In this document: positions 27,034 through 36,477 of the stretch, in pieces
How positions within the stretch are numbered: the stretch's first letter is position 1
Layout of the letters: every line of letters begins with the position of its first letter
From: Candidatus Omnitrophota bacterium
Lineage (GTDB): Bacteria; Omnitrophota; Gorgyraeia; Aquiviventales; Aquiviventaceae
Direction of reading: 5' to 3'
DNA length: 64,000 bases
Assembly (NCBI GenBank): GCA_016198905.1
Contig: JACQHR010000032.1
Coordinates: 10,390 to 74,389 of the forward strand
Notes under the pieces: generated by a model
Told to the model about the DNA's origin: nothing
Seen by the model: the letters and a program-made list of their open reading frames with translations, nothing else
The model's database searches: none
Made by a program: the position numbers and the translations under genes

Positions 27034-28227
27034 ATGTCGATCCGTCGAGGTGTTGTCCTCGCTCTAGGCGTGTCGCTGACGACGTGTCTACTGTGGGGGG
27101 TTCCCGCATGGGCGACTATTGAGGATCTCAAGAGTTTCAAGCAGGCCTATCCAGGCAAAGAGCCCAAGGCCTACTCGTGCAAGGTCTGCCACCTTAGCCT
27201 GGTGGGCAAGAAAGGCGAGCTCAACGCCTACGGGCTGGCCCTCCAGAAGCTCAACGTTCCTGCCGATCCGAAGAAGCTGACGGTTGACGATTACCGGGCG
27301 ATTGAAACGGAGGATGCGGATCAAGACGGCGCACCGAATGGAGATGAGATCAAGGCAGGAACGGATCCCGCCGATCCGGCCTCGGTTCCGGCTGGGATGA
27401 AGCCGTCCGAGACGAAAGAGGAGAAACAAGAGGAAGGGGTGGGAGAGAGCAAGCCCGAGAAACCCTCATCCGCCGCTCCGTTTCGACGTCCGAGACTCAG
27501 CTCGTTGGACGAGTTCATCATGCCAAACGCCTGGGCGGCCAAGACCGAATCCGAAGAGTCGCAGTCGCCGCCACCAAAAGCCGAGTACGTGGGCACCGAC
27601 ACCTGCGCCGGCTGCCATGTGAAGCAGGCTGAAGAGTTCAAACATTCCACTCACGCCCAGATTGCCGTGCCCGGCGAAGGTGTCGGTGCGCAAGGCTGCG
27701 AGGCATGCCATGGCCCAGGCAGCCTCCACGCGGAAGCCGGCGGCGGCAAGGGAGTCGGCGGCATCATCAATCCGCGCAAGGATCCCAGCACCTGTTTTGC
27801 CTGCCATCTCGACAAGAAAGCCGAGTTCCGATTGCCGTACCATCACCCGGTGATGGAAGGCAAGATGAGCTGCGCTGACTGTCACAGCGCGCACGGAGAA
27901 GACGTGCGGCCGTGGTCAGCCACCAGCCTCAAGGACATTAACGAGGCATGCTTCAAGTGCCACAAGGACCAGCGCGGCCCGTTCGTGAATGAGCATGAGG
28001 CACTGCGCGAGGGCTGTACGACCTGTCACAAGGTCCATGGCTCCATTCACGAGAAAATGCTGTTGGCGAGGGACAGCAATCTGTGTCTGCGCTGCCATAC
28101 GCAGACCAACTTCCCAACCATCGGCGGATCAGGCCACACCGGTCGATTGAATCAAAGCACGTGTTTCAGCGCCGGGTGTCATACGGCGGTCCACGGCTCG
28201 AATTTTGATGAACACCTGCGCTACTAA
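27034..28227 (+). CDS. Periplasmic multiheme cytochrome c: N-terminal monoheme/TSP3 module fused to an 8-motif (7 CXXCH + CX4CH) MtoA/PioA-like heme domain
   Basis: Eight CXXCH motifs (CKVCH, CAGCH, CEACH, CFACH, CADCH, CFKCH, CTTCH, CLRCH) plus one CFSAGCH (CX4CH). The N-terminal ~110 aa are paralogous to 24571..24963. Confidence 0.85.
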   Translation: MSIRRGVVLALGVSLTTCLLWGVPAWATIEDLKSFKQAYPGKEPKAYSCKVCHLSLVGKKGELNAYGLALQKLNVPADPKKLTVDDYRAIETEDADQDGAPNGDEIKAGTDPADPASVPAGMKPSETKEEKQEEGVGESKPEKPSSAAPFRRPRLSSLDEFIMPNAWAAKTESEESQSPPPKAEYVGTDTCAGCHVKQAEEFKHSTHAQIAVPGEGVGAQGCEACHGPGSLHAEAGGGKGVGGIINPRKDPSTCFACHLDKKAEFRLPYHHPVMEGKMSCADCHSAHGEDVRPWSATSLKDINEACFKCHKDQRGPFVNEHEALREGCTTCHKVHGSIHEKMLLARDSNLCLRCHTQTNFPTIGGSGHTGRLNQSTCFSAGCHTAVHGSNFDEHLRY

Positions 28228-28240
28228 AAGGAGGCCCTTG

Positions 28241-30322
28241 ATGCGTGCCACAAGATGCTGGGTGTTGGCGGTCGTCATAGGCAGCAGCGCGTTCGCGGGA
28301 ATGCATGCGGCCACCGCCGCAGATGCCGAGGGTTTCATCACAACGGTGCCGATGAGGTACATCGTTGTGGACGGAGATTCCGGGAAGTTTCGGGCGCATC
28401 ATTGGATGAATGACGGGTACGCCGGCGGCATCAAGGACGCCTCCGGGCATTTCGCGTTGCCGGATGGGACTGAGGTTTCCGGAGAAGGGCACGCCCTCAT
28501 TGATGCCAACGATTTGGGAGCGGCGCTGTCGATCAAGAAGGAGCATCTGGGGTTCTTCGATTTCGATTACTCGGAGTTTCGGAAGTATTTCGATACCGGC
28601 GCCGGTGCGCATCGCCGGTTTGCGACCTTGCAGTCGCCCGATACGGATAAAGACTTGCAGTTGGACATCGGGAAATTCGGGCTGGAGACCGGGTTGACGC
28701 TTGAGGGATGGCCGGAGCTGAGCGTGGAGTATGAGCGGGAGTTCAAAGATGGCACCAAATCGCGCCTGACGTGGACATCGGTGAAGGAGGCCAGTGAGAC
28801 GCGTAGTATCGGGCCGTCCTGGCAGGAGATCGATGAGACCGTGGACTCGTTTGCTTTGAAGGCGAACGATGACATCGCCGGATTTGCCCTGCACGGGGAG
28901 CAGCGGTGGGAGTTTGCCCGCGCGGAGACCCTCCGGGAGGAGAAGTACCTGGCGACGACGGGAGTGGCGTCCGATACCAAGATCCGTCGGCAAAATCAGG
29001 GACCGCAGGCCATCGTCTTGACGACGACGTTGGGAGGCGAGCGCAGCTTCCTGGAAGATAAGGTGTTTATGTCCTCCGGGTATCATTTCAACCATCTGAA
29101 GAATCGCGAGATTGAATCGATCACGGAGACGGACGCGGCAGGCGTCATCACGAACTTCTCACGCGGCGAAAACAAAACCGACGCTCGGTCGGACAGCGAC
29201 TACGACTCGCACACCTGGGTGCAACACGTCATGTTCAACCCGTGGCAGACGGTCAGCATCGGGACGAAGCTCAAATCCGAGGTCATCACGCGCCATGGCA
29301 ATTCCACTTATCCATCCTACGCGGAATCCTCCGCCACGCCGGAGGCTTTCGATACCGTGCTTGATCACACGGAGGTGACGCTGTCGGATGCGAAAGCGGC
29401 GCGGTGGGGTGAAGGACTCTCCCTGCGATTTACCGGGGTTCCGCGGACCGCGCTGTATACGGAATTGGAGTTTGAGCAATCTCGTACGCTGCTGCGCGAG
29501 GATCGCCGGAGCCTTGACGGCCCGGATACCGGTGACGACTCTGTGGCGACTGAGGTCTTTCAGCGGGAGACCGTCACGGAGGTTCGTCGCGGCGCGTGGA
29601 CGTTGGGCGGACGGACGAGCCCCTGGCGGTTCGTTGATCTCACCACGCAGGTGCGGCGTCGGGTGTATAACAATGACTATGACGACCAGCGGGAAACTGT
29701 GGCCTCCGGCGCTCGCTCAGCGTTCTTCGACGGGCAGAGCATCCACACCGATGAGTTTTCCACACGGCTCACGCTCAAGCCCTGCCGGTGGTTTAAGCCC
29801 TCCTTCCGCTACCAGCTTCGGGCGGATAAGTACGCGACCAGGGCGGAAGCGCAGCCGATCGTCAAAACGGAGTCCCTCTCAAACATTTATACGTTTGACG
29901 TGATGGTGCAACCTGTGCGCGATCTGATCACGACGGCGACGTTTTCGCGACAGACCGCCTCCACCACCACCCCGGCGAGCGTGTTTTCCACCGCGTCCAG
30001 CAATATCCCCACGTTCAACGCGGATGTGAATACGTGGCTGCTGGGCGCGGACTATACGTTCAAGCCGAACATCACGCTTAACGGCGCGCTCCAGTACTCT
30101 TCGGCGAACAACTTCAACGACTATGCCAATACGGGGCTACCGCTGGGTGCCGACTTCCACAAGCTCGATCTCACGGCAGGTATGAAGTGGTCGCCGATGA
30201 GGCTCAAGGATACGTCGATCGGAGCCGAATACGGCTTGTACACGTACAATCCCAACGAGAACGTCGAGGTCGGCGACTACAAAGCGCATATGATCTCGTT
30301 CGAAGTGTCCCGGACGTTCTAA
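28241..30322 (+). CDS. Large outer-membrane beta-barrel porin (MtoB/PioB/MtrB-like partner of the upstream cytochrome)
   Basis: RBS aaaggagg precedes ATG 28241, 13 nt after the cytochrome stop. Signal peptide ...AATAADA. 694 aa rich in alternating aromatic/polar strands, ending FEVSRTF. Confidence 0.7.
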   Translation: MRATRCWVLAVVIGSSAFAGMHAATAADAEGFITTVPMRYIVVDGDSGKFRAHHWMNDGYAGGIKDASGHFALPDGTEVSGEGHALIDANDLGAALSIKKEHLGFFDFDYSEFRKYFDTGAGAHRRFATLQSPDTDKDLQLDIGKFGLETGLTLEGWPELSVEYEREFKDGTKSRLTWTSVKEASETRSIGPSWQEIDETVDSFALKANDDIAGFALHGEQRWEFARAETLREEKYLATTGVASDTKIRRQNQGPQAIVLTTTLGGERSFLEDKVFMSSGYHFNHLKNREIESITETDAAGVITNFSRGENKTDARSDSDYDSHTWVQHVMFNPWQTVSIGTKLKSEVITRHGNSTYPSYAESSATPEAFDTVLDHTEVTLSDAKAARWGEGLSLRFTGVPRTALYTELEFEQSRTLLREDRRSLDGPDTGDDSVATEVFQRETVTEVRRGAWTLGGRTSPWRFVDLTTQVRRRVYNNDYDDQRETVASGARSAFFDGQSIHTDEFSTRLTLKPCRWFKPSFRYQLRADKYATRAEAQPIVKTESLSNIYTFDVMVQPVRDLITTATFSRQTASTTTPASVFSTASSNIPTFNADVNTWLLGADYTFKPNITLNGALQYSSANNFNDYANTGLPLGADFHKLDLTAGMKWSPMRLKDTSIGAEYGLYTYNPNENVEVGDYKAHMISFEVSRTF

Positions 30323-30570
30323 ACCGGGACGTGAGCATTCATCGGCGAGATTCGGCCGGCGCCAACTGAACGTCAAGACCGGTCGTCGCAGCGGCGCTCA
30401 CCCTGTCATCTGCTTCGCGCGTCTCTCACAAAAGACCCGCACAGCCGCGTTGGAGTCGCAATGGCGAGCCCGCAAGGCACGAAGAGGAAGCCAGAACACT
30501 GACCGTTGCTTCTAGTCGGTAGTGTGTGCGGTGTGTCGGACCAGCAGAAGAAACAATCGAGGGGGTGACA

Positions 30571-31452
30571 ATGATGGGGACGCATCCGTTGGTGGTACTG
30601 CTCTTTGTCTTGGCCTGTGGGATTGGGCTGCTCGTTGGGGCGCTTTCAGGCAATCCCTGGGCGATGGTCGGCAGCATCGCGGCGGGCTTGCTGGTGAGCG
30701 TGTCGATCCGCGTGGCGAAGCAGTGGCAGAAAGCCGTCGTGCTGCGCCTTGGAAAATTCCACCGGCTCAAAGGGCCCGGCTTCTTTGCGATCCTGCCCTT
30801 TGTCGACACCGTCCCATACTGGATTGATTTGCGGACGATCACGACCCCATTCACAGCGGAGCAAACCCTGACAAAGGATAGCATCCCGGTCGATGTGGAC
30901 GCCGTGTTGTTCTGGCGCGTGGTTGATTCGACGAAGGCCGCGCTCGAAGTCGAGAATTACCGAGAGGCCATCGCCTGGGCCTCTCAGACGGCCCTTCGGG
31001 ATGTGATCGGCAAGACGGATCTTTCGGAGATGCTGGTGGGCCGGGAAAAGATCGACGCCCTGCTGTGCGAGATGATCGATCATCGTTCCGAACCGTGGGG
31101 CATCAAGGTGCACTCCGTGGAGATCCGGGACGTGAAGATTCCTGTCGGCCTGCAAAACGCGATGTCCATGCAGGCCCAGGCCGAGCGGGAACGGCAAGCC
31201 CGGATCATCTTGGGGGATTCAGAGCGTCAAGTGGCCATGTCGTTTGCTGAGGCCTCCCGATCGTATGTGGAGAATCCCACCGCGCTGCATCTGCGCGCGA
31301 TGAACATCCTGCTCGAAGGCATGCGCCAGAGCTCCACCGTCATCATTGTCCCAAGCACCGCTGTGGAGACGATGGGGCTTGGAGCGATGGCAGGATTGAC
31401 CGCGCTTGCCAAAGATACGAAGCCTGCTGCGCCACCGCAATCGGCTGCGTAA
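30571..31452 (+). CDS. SPFH/band-7 (stomatin/HflC-like) membrane protein
   Basis: N-terminal TM helices, then VVLRLGKFHRLKGPGFFAILPFVD...VDAVLFWRVVD...IRDVKIP...AERERQARI. Confidence 0.85.
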   Translation: MMGTHPLVVLLFVLACGIGLLVGALSGNPWAMVGSIAAGLLVSVSIRVAKQWQKAVVLRLGKFHRLKGPGFFAILPFVDTVPYWIDLRTITTPFTAEQTLTKDSIPVDVDAVLFWRVVDSTKAALEVENYREAIAWASQTALRDVIGKTDLSEMLVGREKIDALLCEMIDHRSEPWGIKVHSVEIRDVKIPVGLQNAMSMQAQAERERQARIILGDSERQVAMSFAEASRSYVENPTALHLRAMNILLEGMRQSSTVIIVPSTAVETMGLGAMAGLTALAKDTKPAAPPQSAA

Positions 31453-31483
31453 CGTCTTCCTCGGTGCCGTCTCATAGCGTCAG

Positions 31484-32008
31484 ATGAGGGAGCGTCTCTT
31501 GTTGCTTGTGGGCCTTGCGGTGCTGGTGGGTGCTGCGCTGTATGCGGCTCGAGAACGCGCGCGCCAGGCCCCGCTGGTCGTCCAGCCCTCCATCCCGTTT
31601 CCCCACAAGACCCACGTGGACGCTGGATTGACGTGCACGACCTGCCATGCGACCGCCGACAGCCAGTCCTTTGCGGGTCTTCCCGCTGTGCGCGACTGTT
31701 TGGACTGCCATGCCGCGGTCGGCGCCGACACACCCCTCCTTGCTCAGGTCACACCACAGCTTGAGCAAGCCGCGTCGCGCAAAGAAGAGCTGCCCTGGAA
31801 GCAGGTCTATCAAGTGCCTGCGCATGTGTACTTCTCGCATCAGCGTCATGTGACGCTAGCACGGTTAGACTGTGAGGTCTGTCATGGTCAGGTTAAGAAG
31901 CTGACGAGCCCCGTCGTGCGGCAGGATGTTGCCATCAGCATGGAACGCTGTGTGACGTGCCATCAACAACAGCGGGTTACGGCCGACTGCTTGGCCTGCC
32001 ATCGGTAG
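31484..32008 (+). CDS. Membrane-anchored pentaheme cytochrome c (ActA/QrcA-like)
   Basis: N-terminal TM helix. Five CXXCH motifs (CTTCH, CLDCH, CEVCH, CVTCH, CLACH). 174 aa. Confidence 0.8.
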   Translation: MRERLLLLVGLAVLVGAALYAARERARQAPLVVQPSIPFPHKTHVDAGLTCTTCHATADSQSFAGLPAVRDCLDCHAAVGADTPLLAQVTPQLEQAASRKEELPWKQVYQVPAHVYFSHQRHVTLARLDCEVCHGQVKKLTSPVVRQDVAISMERCVTCHQQQRVTADCLACHR

Positions 32009-32012
32009 CGAG

Positions 32013-34277
32013 ATGGAAGTCACGCGCCGCGCTTTTCTGCAGTTGACCGGCCTGATGGCCGGCACCACAGGGGCCTTCGAGCGCTTCATCAGGCATCGGT
32101 TGATGGGGCTGCCGGCGCCTGCAGACGATGTATTACTGACACCGCACGCTCCTGAGCAGTGGCTGCCCTCTGTGTGCCAACTCTGTCCCGCAGGCTGTGG
32201 GGTGGCCGCGCGGGTGGTCAACGGTCGGGTGGTGAAGCTTGAAGGCCTGCCCGCGCATCCGATCAACCAAGGCAGCCTCTGTCCCCGTGGCCTGGCAGGG
32301 CTGACTGAACTCTACCACCCCGACCGCCTGCTGCAGCCGATGAAGCGCATCGGCGAGCGCGGCGAGGGCCGGTTTGAGCCCATCGGCTGGGACGAGGCGA
32401 TCCGCACACTCATCGATCGTCTGCGCACGCTGCATCAGCGTGGCGAGTCGCATCGAGTGGCTTGGCTCTCCGGTCATACCGCGGGCATCGCACCGCAACT
32501 CATCGAGCGGTTCTTGCGCGGGTATGGCGCTACCCGGCATTTCGTCCTGAGCCCTCCGACCGGAGAGCTGCCTGTTGATGCCTTTCATATGATGGTCGAT
32601 TGGCAGGGGCAGATGCTCTACGATCTCGCCCAAGCCACCCTCATCCTGTCCTTCGGGATGGATTGGCTGCAGGCGTATCCCTCGCCTGTTGAGGCTTCGC
32701 GCGCGTATGGGCATCTTCGTCGAGGCCAGCCGGATCGCCGCGTGCGCGTGGTCCAGATTGAGCCGCGTCTGTCGGTGACCGCGGCCAAAAGCGATGAATG
32801 GCTCCCTGTGCGTCCGGGCCAAGAAGGATGGCTGGCCTTAAGCATGGCGCATGTCTTGATCCGTGACCGGCTCTTTCATGAGCGATTCGTGCAGGACTCC
32901 GCAGTGGGCTTCGAGGAATTTTCGCGCTTCGTCGAATCGCACGCGTCCCCTGAGCAGGTGGCCGAGCCCACCGGCATCCCGGCAGAGACCATCGTTCGCG
33001 TGGCCACGGAGTTTGGACTAAGACGAGGGCTGGCTGTGGGCAGCCGCGCCGATGCGCTGACGCAGTGGGCCGTGATGAGCCTCAACGGGTTGGTCGGCAA
33101 CATTGATGCGCGCGGCGGCATCTTGCGACGGTGGGAACCGGAAGCGCTTTCGCTGCCGGCGGCGGTGACGCCAACCGATGCGCCGATGCTGCCAACCGAT
33201 GCGCAGGCCCTGCCGGCGTTGCTTCAATCGCAACAGCCGTCTCCCATCGAAGTCCTGGTGCTCTCGTCCGCTAATCCGTGTTTTCTCAGCCCTTCGCCGT
33301 CACGGTGGGCTGACGCCTTCAAGGCGGTGCCATGGATTGTCAGTTGCACCGCATTCCTCGATGAGACAGCGCTGCACGCGGATTTGCTGTTGCCGACGGC
33401 CACCGCGCTTGAGCAGTGGCAGTATGCGCCGACCACCGCAAGCGATGGAACGGTCGTGGCGACGATCTGCCGTCCTGTGCTGGCCCCGCGCAACGAGGCG
33501 CGCGGGCTGCCGGATCTCATCCTGCAACTGGCCCAGGCGTTCGGTCCGCCGCTTGACAACGCGCTGCCCTGGCATTCCTTGGAGCAGCTCGTGATGGATC
33601 GCCTCCATGCCCTGTACGACGCCAAGGTAGGCTTGCTGTTGCCACCGATCAGCGTGCCTGGGACGCCAGCGCCTTCCGTGGAGAAGCCGGCGATGAACGT
33701 GGAGGAGTTCGGCAAGGAGCTGCTCGCGCGGGGCGGCCTCCTCTGGCCGGCAGAGGCGTCCCCCTGGCCTGAGTTTCGGACTCCATCGCGTCAATTCGAG
33801 TTTGTTCCCCGCGCGATTGCTGAGCGCCTGAAGGCCTCACCAACGCTGTTTCCGACGGAGGAGTCGGCTGCGGCAGCCGGCTTTCCCTTGCAGCTCTACC
33901 TCTATTCACCGCTGGCGTTCCTCAACGGCTACGGCGCGCACCTGCCGCATCTGCAACAGATTGCCGGCAGCCAACTCCATGAGGCGTGGGTCACCTGGGC
34001 AGAAATCCACCCGAGCACCGCAGGCGCACTTGGCATCCGCGATGGCGAATCGATCTGGGTTGCCTCGGCCCACGGGCGCATCACCGTCAAGGCGCGCTGG
34101 TCCGAAGGGATCCAGCCGTCCGTCATTGCCATCCCGCTTGGGCTGGGGCACACCGCGCACGGCCGTTGGGCCCAGGGTATTGGAGAAAATCCGGCCTGCT
34201 TGATCGAGGCGAAGCGCGATCCACAGACGGGCCAACCACTTTGGCAGGGGACATGGGTGAAAGTCTGGAAGGCGTGA
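32013..34277 (+). CDS. Molybdopterin-oxidoreductase-fold subunit (ActB1/QrcB/PsrA-like), Tat-exported
   Basis: Twin-arginine signal MEVTRRAFLQLTGLMAG. N-terminal Fe-S motif CQLCPAGCG...C. 754 aa. Whether a Mo cofactor is bound cannot be judged by eye. Confidence 0.8.
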   Translation: MEVTRRAFLQLTGLMAGTTGAFERFIRHRLMGLPAPADDVLLTPHAPEQWLPSVCQLCPAGCGVAARVVNGRVVKLEGLPAHPINQGSLCPRGLAGLTELYHPDRLLQPMKRIGERGEGRFEPIGWDEAIRTLIDRLRTLHQRGESHRVAWLSGHTAGIAPQLIERFLRGYGATRHFVLSPPTGELPVDAFHMMVDWQGQMLYDLAQATLILSFGMDWLQAYPSPVEASRAYGHLRRGQPDRRVRVVQIEPRLSVTAAKSDEWLPVRPGQEGWLALSMAHVLIRDRLFHERFVQDSAVGFEEFSRFVESHASPEQVAEPTGIPAETIVRVATEFGLRRGLAVGSRADALTQWAVMSLNGLVGNIDARGGILRRWEPEALSLPAAVTPTDAPMLPTDAQALPALLQSQQPSPIEVLVLSSANPCFLSPSPSRWADAFKAVPWIVSCTAFLDETALHADLLLPTATALEQWQYAPTTASDGTVVATICRPVLAPRNEARGLPDLILQLAQAFGPPLDNALPWHSLEQLVMDRLHALYDAKVGLLLPPISVPGTPAPSVEKPAMNVEEFGKELLARGGLLWPAEASPWPEFRTPSRQFEFVPRAIAERLKASPTLFPTEESAAAAGFPLQLYLYSPLAFLNGYGAHLPHLQQIAGSQLHEAWVTWAEIHPSTAGALGIRDGESIWVASAHGRITVKARWSEGIQPSVIAIPLGLGHTAHGRWAQGIGENPACLIEAKRDPQTGQPLWQGTWVKVWKA

Positions 34278-34300
34278 TCCCACCGCCGACAGGAACTGCG

Positions 34301-35107
34301 ATGGTTTCACGACGCGCGCTGCTTCAGCGCGCCGTCGTCGCGGCCGGCGCGTTGGTGTTCCTTCGGCGCGCACCGACTGCGCAGGCGGCATCCGGTCAAG
34401 AGGCGGACGCGCCGCGTCCCACCCATACGCCTCGGTGGGGCATGGTGATCGACCTTGATAAATGCACCAGCTGTCAGGCATGCGTCGTCGCCTGCTGGGC
34501 CGAGAATAATCAGCCGTTACCCGGTCCTGAAGCGCACCGAGCGGGTCGGGTGATTGAATGGATGAAACTCCTCTCCGTTCACGAGGGCAGCTATCCCCGC
34601 GTCCGCCAGCGCCTCCTGCCGATCCCTTGCCAACAGTGCGATCAGCCTCCCTGCACCACGGTCTGTCCGGTCTTCGCCACGTACAAGAACCCCGAAGGGC
34701 TCGTTGCCCAGATCTACCCGCGCTGCATCGGCTGCCGCTACTGCGTCAACGCCTGTCCCTACACCTGCAAGTTCTTCAACTGGTCCGAAGCCCGGTGGCC
34801 CGCCTCCATGGCCCAGGAGCTCAACCCTGATGTGTCGGTCCGGCCCAAAGGGGTCACGGAGAAATGCACCTTCTGCCACCACCGGCTCCAGCGAGCCAAA
34901 GAACAGGCTGCGAGCGAAGGCAGGGTGCTGCAGGCAGGCGACTATGTGCCGGCCTGTATGCAAGCGTGTCCGGCCCAAGCCATCGTCTTCGGCGACCTGA
35001 ATGATCCGGCGAGCGACGTCTCCAAGGCGCAAGACAATCCGCGCCGGTTTCGGCTCCAAGAGGAACTCGGGACGGAGCCGAAAGTCACGTATCTCTCTGA
35101 GGCATGA
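34301..35107 (+). CDS. 4x[4Fe-4S] ferredoxin-like subunit (ActB2/QrcC/PsrB-like), Tat signal
   Basis: ATG 34301 gives MVSRRALLQRAVVAAGA (Tat signal). Clusters CTSCQACVVAC, CQQCDQPPCTTVCP, CIGCRYCVNACP and CTFCHHR...CMQACP. The ORF-track start 33986 overlaps the upstream gene. Confidence 0.85.
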   Translation: MVSRRALLQRAVVAAGALVFLRRAPTAQAASGQEADAPRPTHTPRWGMVIDLDKCTSCQACVVACWAENNQPLPGPEAHRAGRVIEWMKLLSVHEGSYPRVRQRLLPIPCQQCDQPPCTTVCPVFATYKNPEGLVAQIYPRCIGCRYCVNACPYTCKFFNWSEARWPASMAQELNPDVSVRPKGVTEKCTFCHHRLQRAKEQAASEGRVLQAGDYVPACMQACPAQAIVFGDLNDPASDVSKAQDNPRRFRLQEELGTEPKVTYLSEA

Positions 35108-36477
35108 GCATGGAACAACCTCGAGATATCGCGTCTGATATTGTGACGCCCATGATTCGTTGGCCGCGCGGCTACGGTGTGTTCGTGGGCTGTCTTCTCG
35201 CTGTGATCGCCTTCGCCGCGTACGCGTGGACGCAGCAACTCCGCTTCGGTCTGGGGGTCACCGGGCTGACCCGTCCGGTCTTTTGGGGCCTCTATATTAC
35301 CAACTTCGTTTTCTTCATCGGCATCAGCCATGCCGGGACGCTCATTTCCGCCATCCTGCGCCTCTGCCGAGCCGAGTGGCGCCGGCCGATTACGCGCATG
35401 GCCGAGGCCATCACGGTCCTCGTCCTGTTCATTGGGGCAGGGAACGTCATCATGGATCTGGGCCGTCCTGATCGAGCGCTGAATGTCATCCTCCATCCCA
35501 ATTTCCGGTCGCCCCTGTTATGGGACATCACCAGCATCACCACGTACCTGACCGCGAGCATGCTGTACCTCTACCTGCCGCTCATTCCAGATCTGGCCAT
35601 CCTTCGCGATCGGCTGCCCAGGCGACGGTGGTTCTATCGACCCTTAGCGCTTGGCTGGACCGGGACACCGCAACAGCACCGGCGGCTTGAGCGGGCCATT
35701 GCCATCATGGCGGTGGTCGTGATCCCGATCGCGATCTCGGTCCATACGGTAGTCTCCTGGGTGTTTGCCATGACCATCCAGCCGATGTGGCACAGCACGA
35801 TCTTCGGACCGTATTTTGTGGCCGGCGCGATCTTCTCCGGCATCGCCGCCCTCATCGTGGCCATGGCGATCTTGCGCAAGGTGTACCATCTGGAGGCGTA
35901 CCTCAAGCCCATCCATTTCAATAACCTGGGGATTCTGCTGCTCGTCATGGCCTGTCTGTGGCTGTACTTCACGTTTGCCGAGTACCTGACCACCTTCTAT
36001 GGGCATCAACCGGAGGAGATGGCCGTCTTCTGGACGAAGATCACTGGTCCGTTCGCGCCCTATTTCTGGGCCATGGCCGTGTGCTGTTTCGTGATCCCGG
36101 TGATCCTCCTGGGTATCCCGCGATTGCGGACGATTTCCGGCACCGTGGCGGCTTCAGGCTTCATTCTTATTGGGATGTGGTTGGAGCGGTTCCTCATCGT
36201 CGTGCCCTCCCTCATCAATCCCCGGTTGCCCTTTCCAGGGGGTGTCTACCACCCGAGTTGGGTGGAGCTGGCGATCACCGCAGGAGCCTTTGCGACCTTC
36301 CTCCTCTTCTATTGTCTCTTCATCAAGGTGTTCCCGATCATTTCCATCTGGGAGGTTCAGGAAGGACAGGAGCGCGGCGTGGACGAGACGGTGGAACGGT
36401 TGAAGACCTACCTTCCCACCGCAGTATCCCAGCCACCGCAGCCGGCGACATCCAGATTTCAGACCAAGTGGAGCTGA
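35104..36477 (+). CDS. NrfD/PsrC-family polytopic quinone-interacting subunit (ActC/QrcD-like)
   Basis: 4-nt ATGA overlap with the FeS gene. 457 aa with ~10 TM helices, matching ActC in size. Confidence 0.8.
   Translation: MSMEQPRDIASDIVTPMIRWPRGYGVFVGCLLAVIAFAAYAWTQQLRFGLGVTGLTRPVFWGLYITNFVFFIGISHAGTLISAILRLCRAEWRRPITRMAEAITVLVLFIGAGNVIMDLGRPDRALNVILHPNFRSPLLWDITSITTYLTASMLYLYLPLIPDLAILRDRLPRRRWFYRPLALGWTGTPQQHRRLERAIAIMAVVVIPIAISVHTVVSWVFAMTIQPMWHSTIFGPYFVAGAIFSGIAALIVAMAILRKVYHLEAYLKPIHFNNLGILLLVMACLWLYFTFAEYLTTFYGHQPEEMAVFWTKITGPFAPYFWAMAVCCFVIPVILLGIPRLRTISGTVAASGFILIGMWLERFLIVVPSLINPRLPFPGGVYHPSWVELAITAGAFATFLLFYCLFIKVFPIISIWEVQEGQERGVDETVERLKTYLPTAVSQPPQPATSRFQTKWS

Noticed and set aside
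32013-34277. Calling the MopB-fold protein a specific enzyme (nitrate, arsenite, polysulfide or tetrathionate oxidoreductase)
   Set aside because: Substrate-defining residues cannot be judged without alignment. The flanking pentaheme, 10-TM NrfD and monoheme genes point to a non-catalytic ACIII/Qrc-type subunit, so only the fold is called.
33986-34300. 5' extensions of track ORFs 33986..35107, 35958..36998, 38455..39837 and 41148..43220
   Set aside because: The extensions overlap the preceding genes. Internal Met codons give proper Tat or Sec signals and classic ATGA-type coupling, so the shorter gene models were used.
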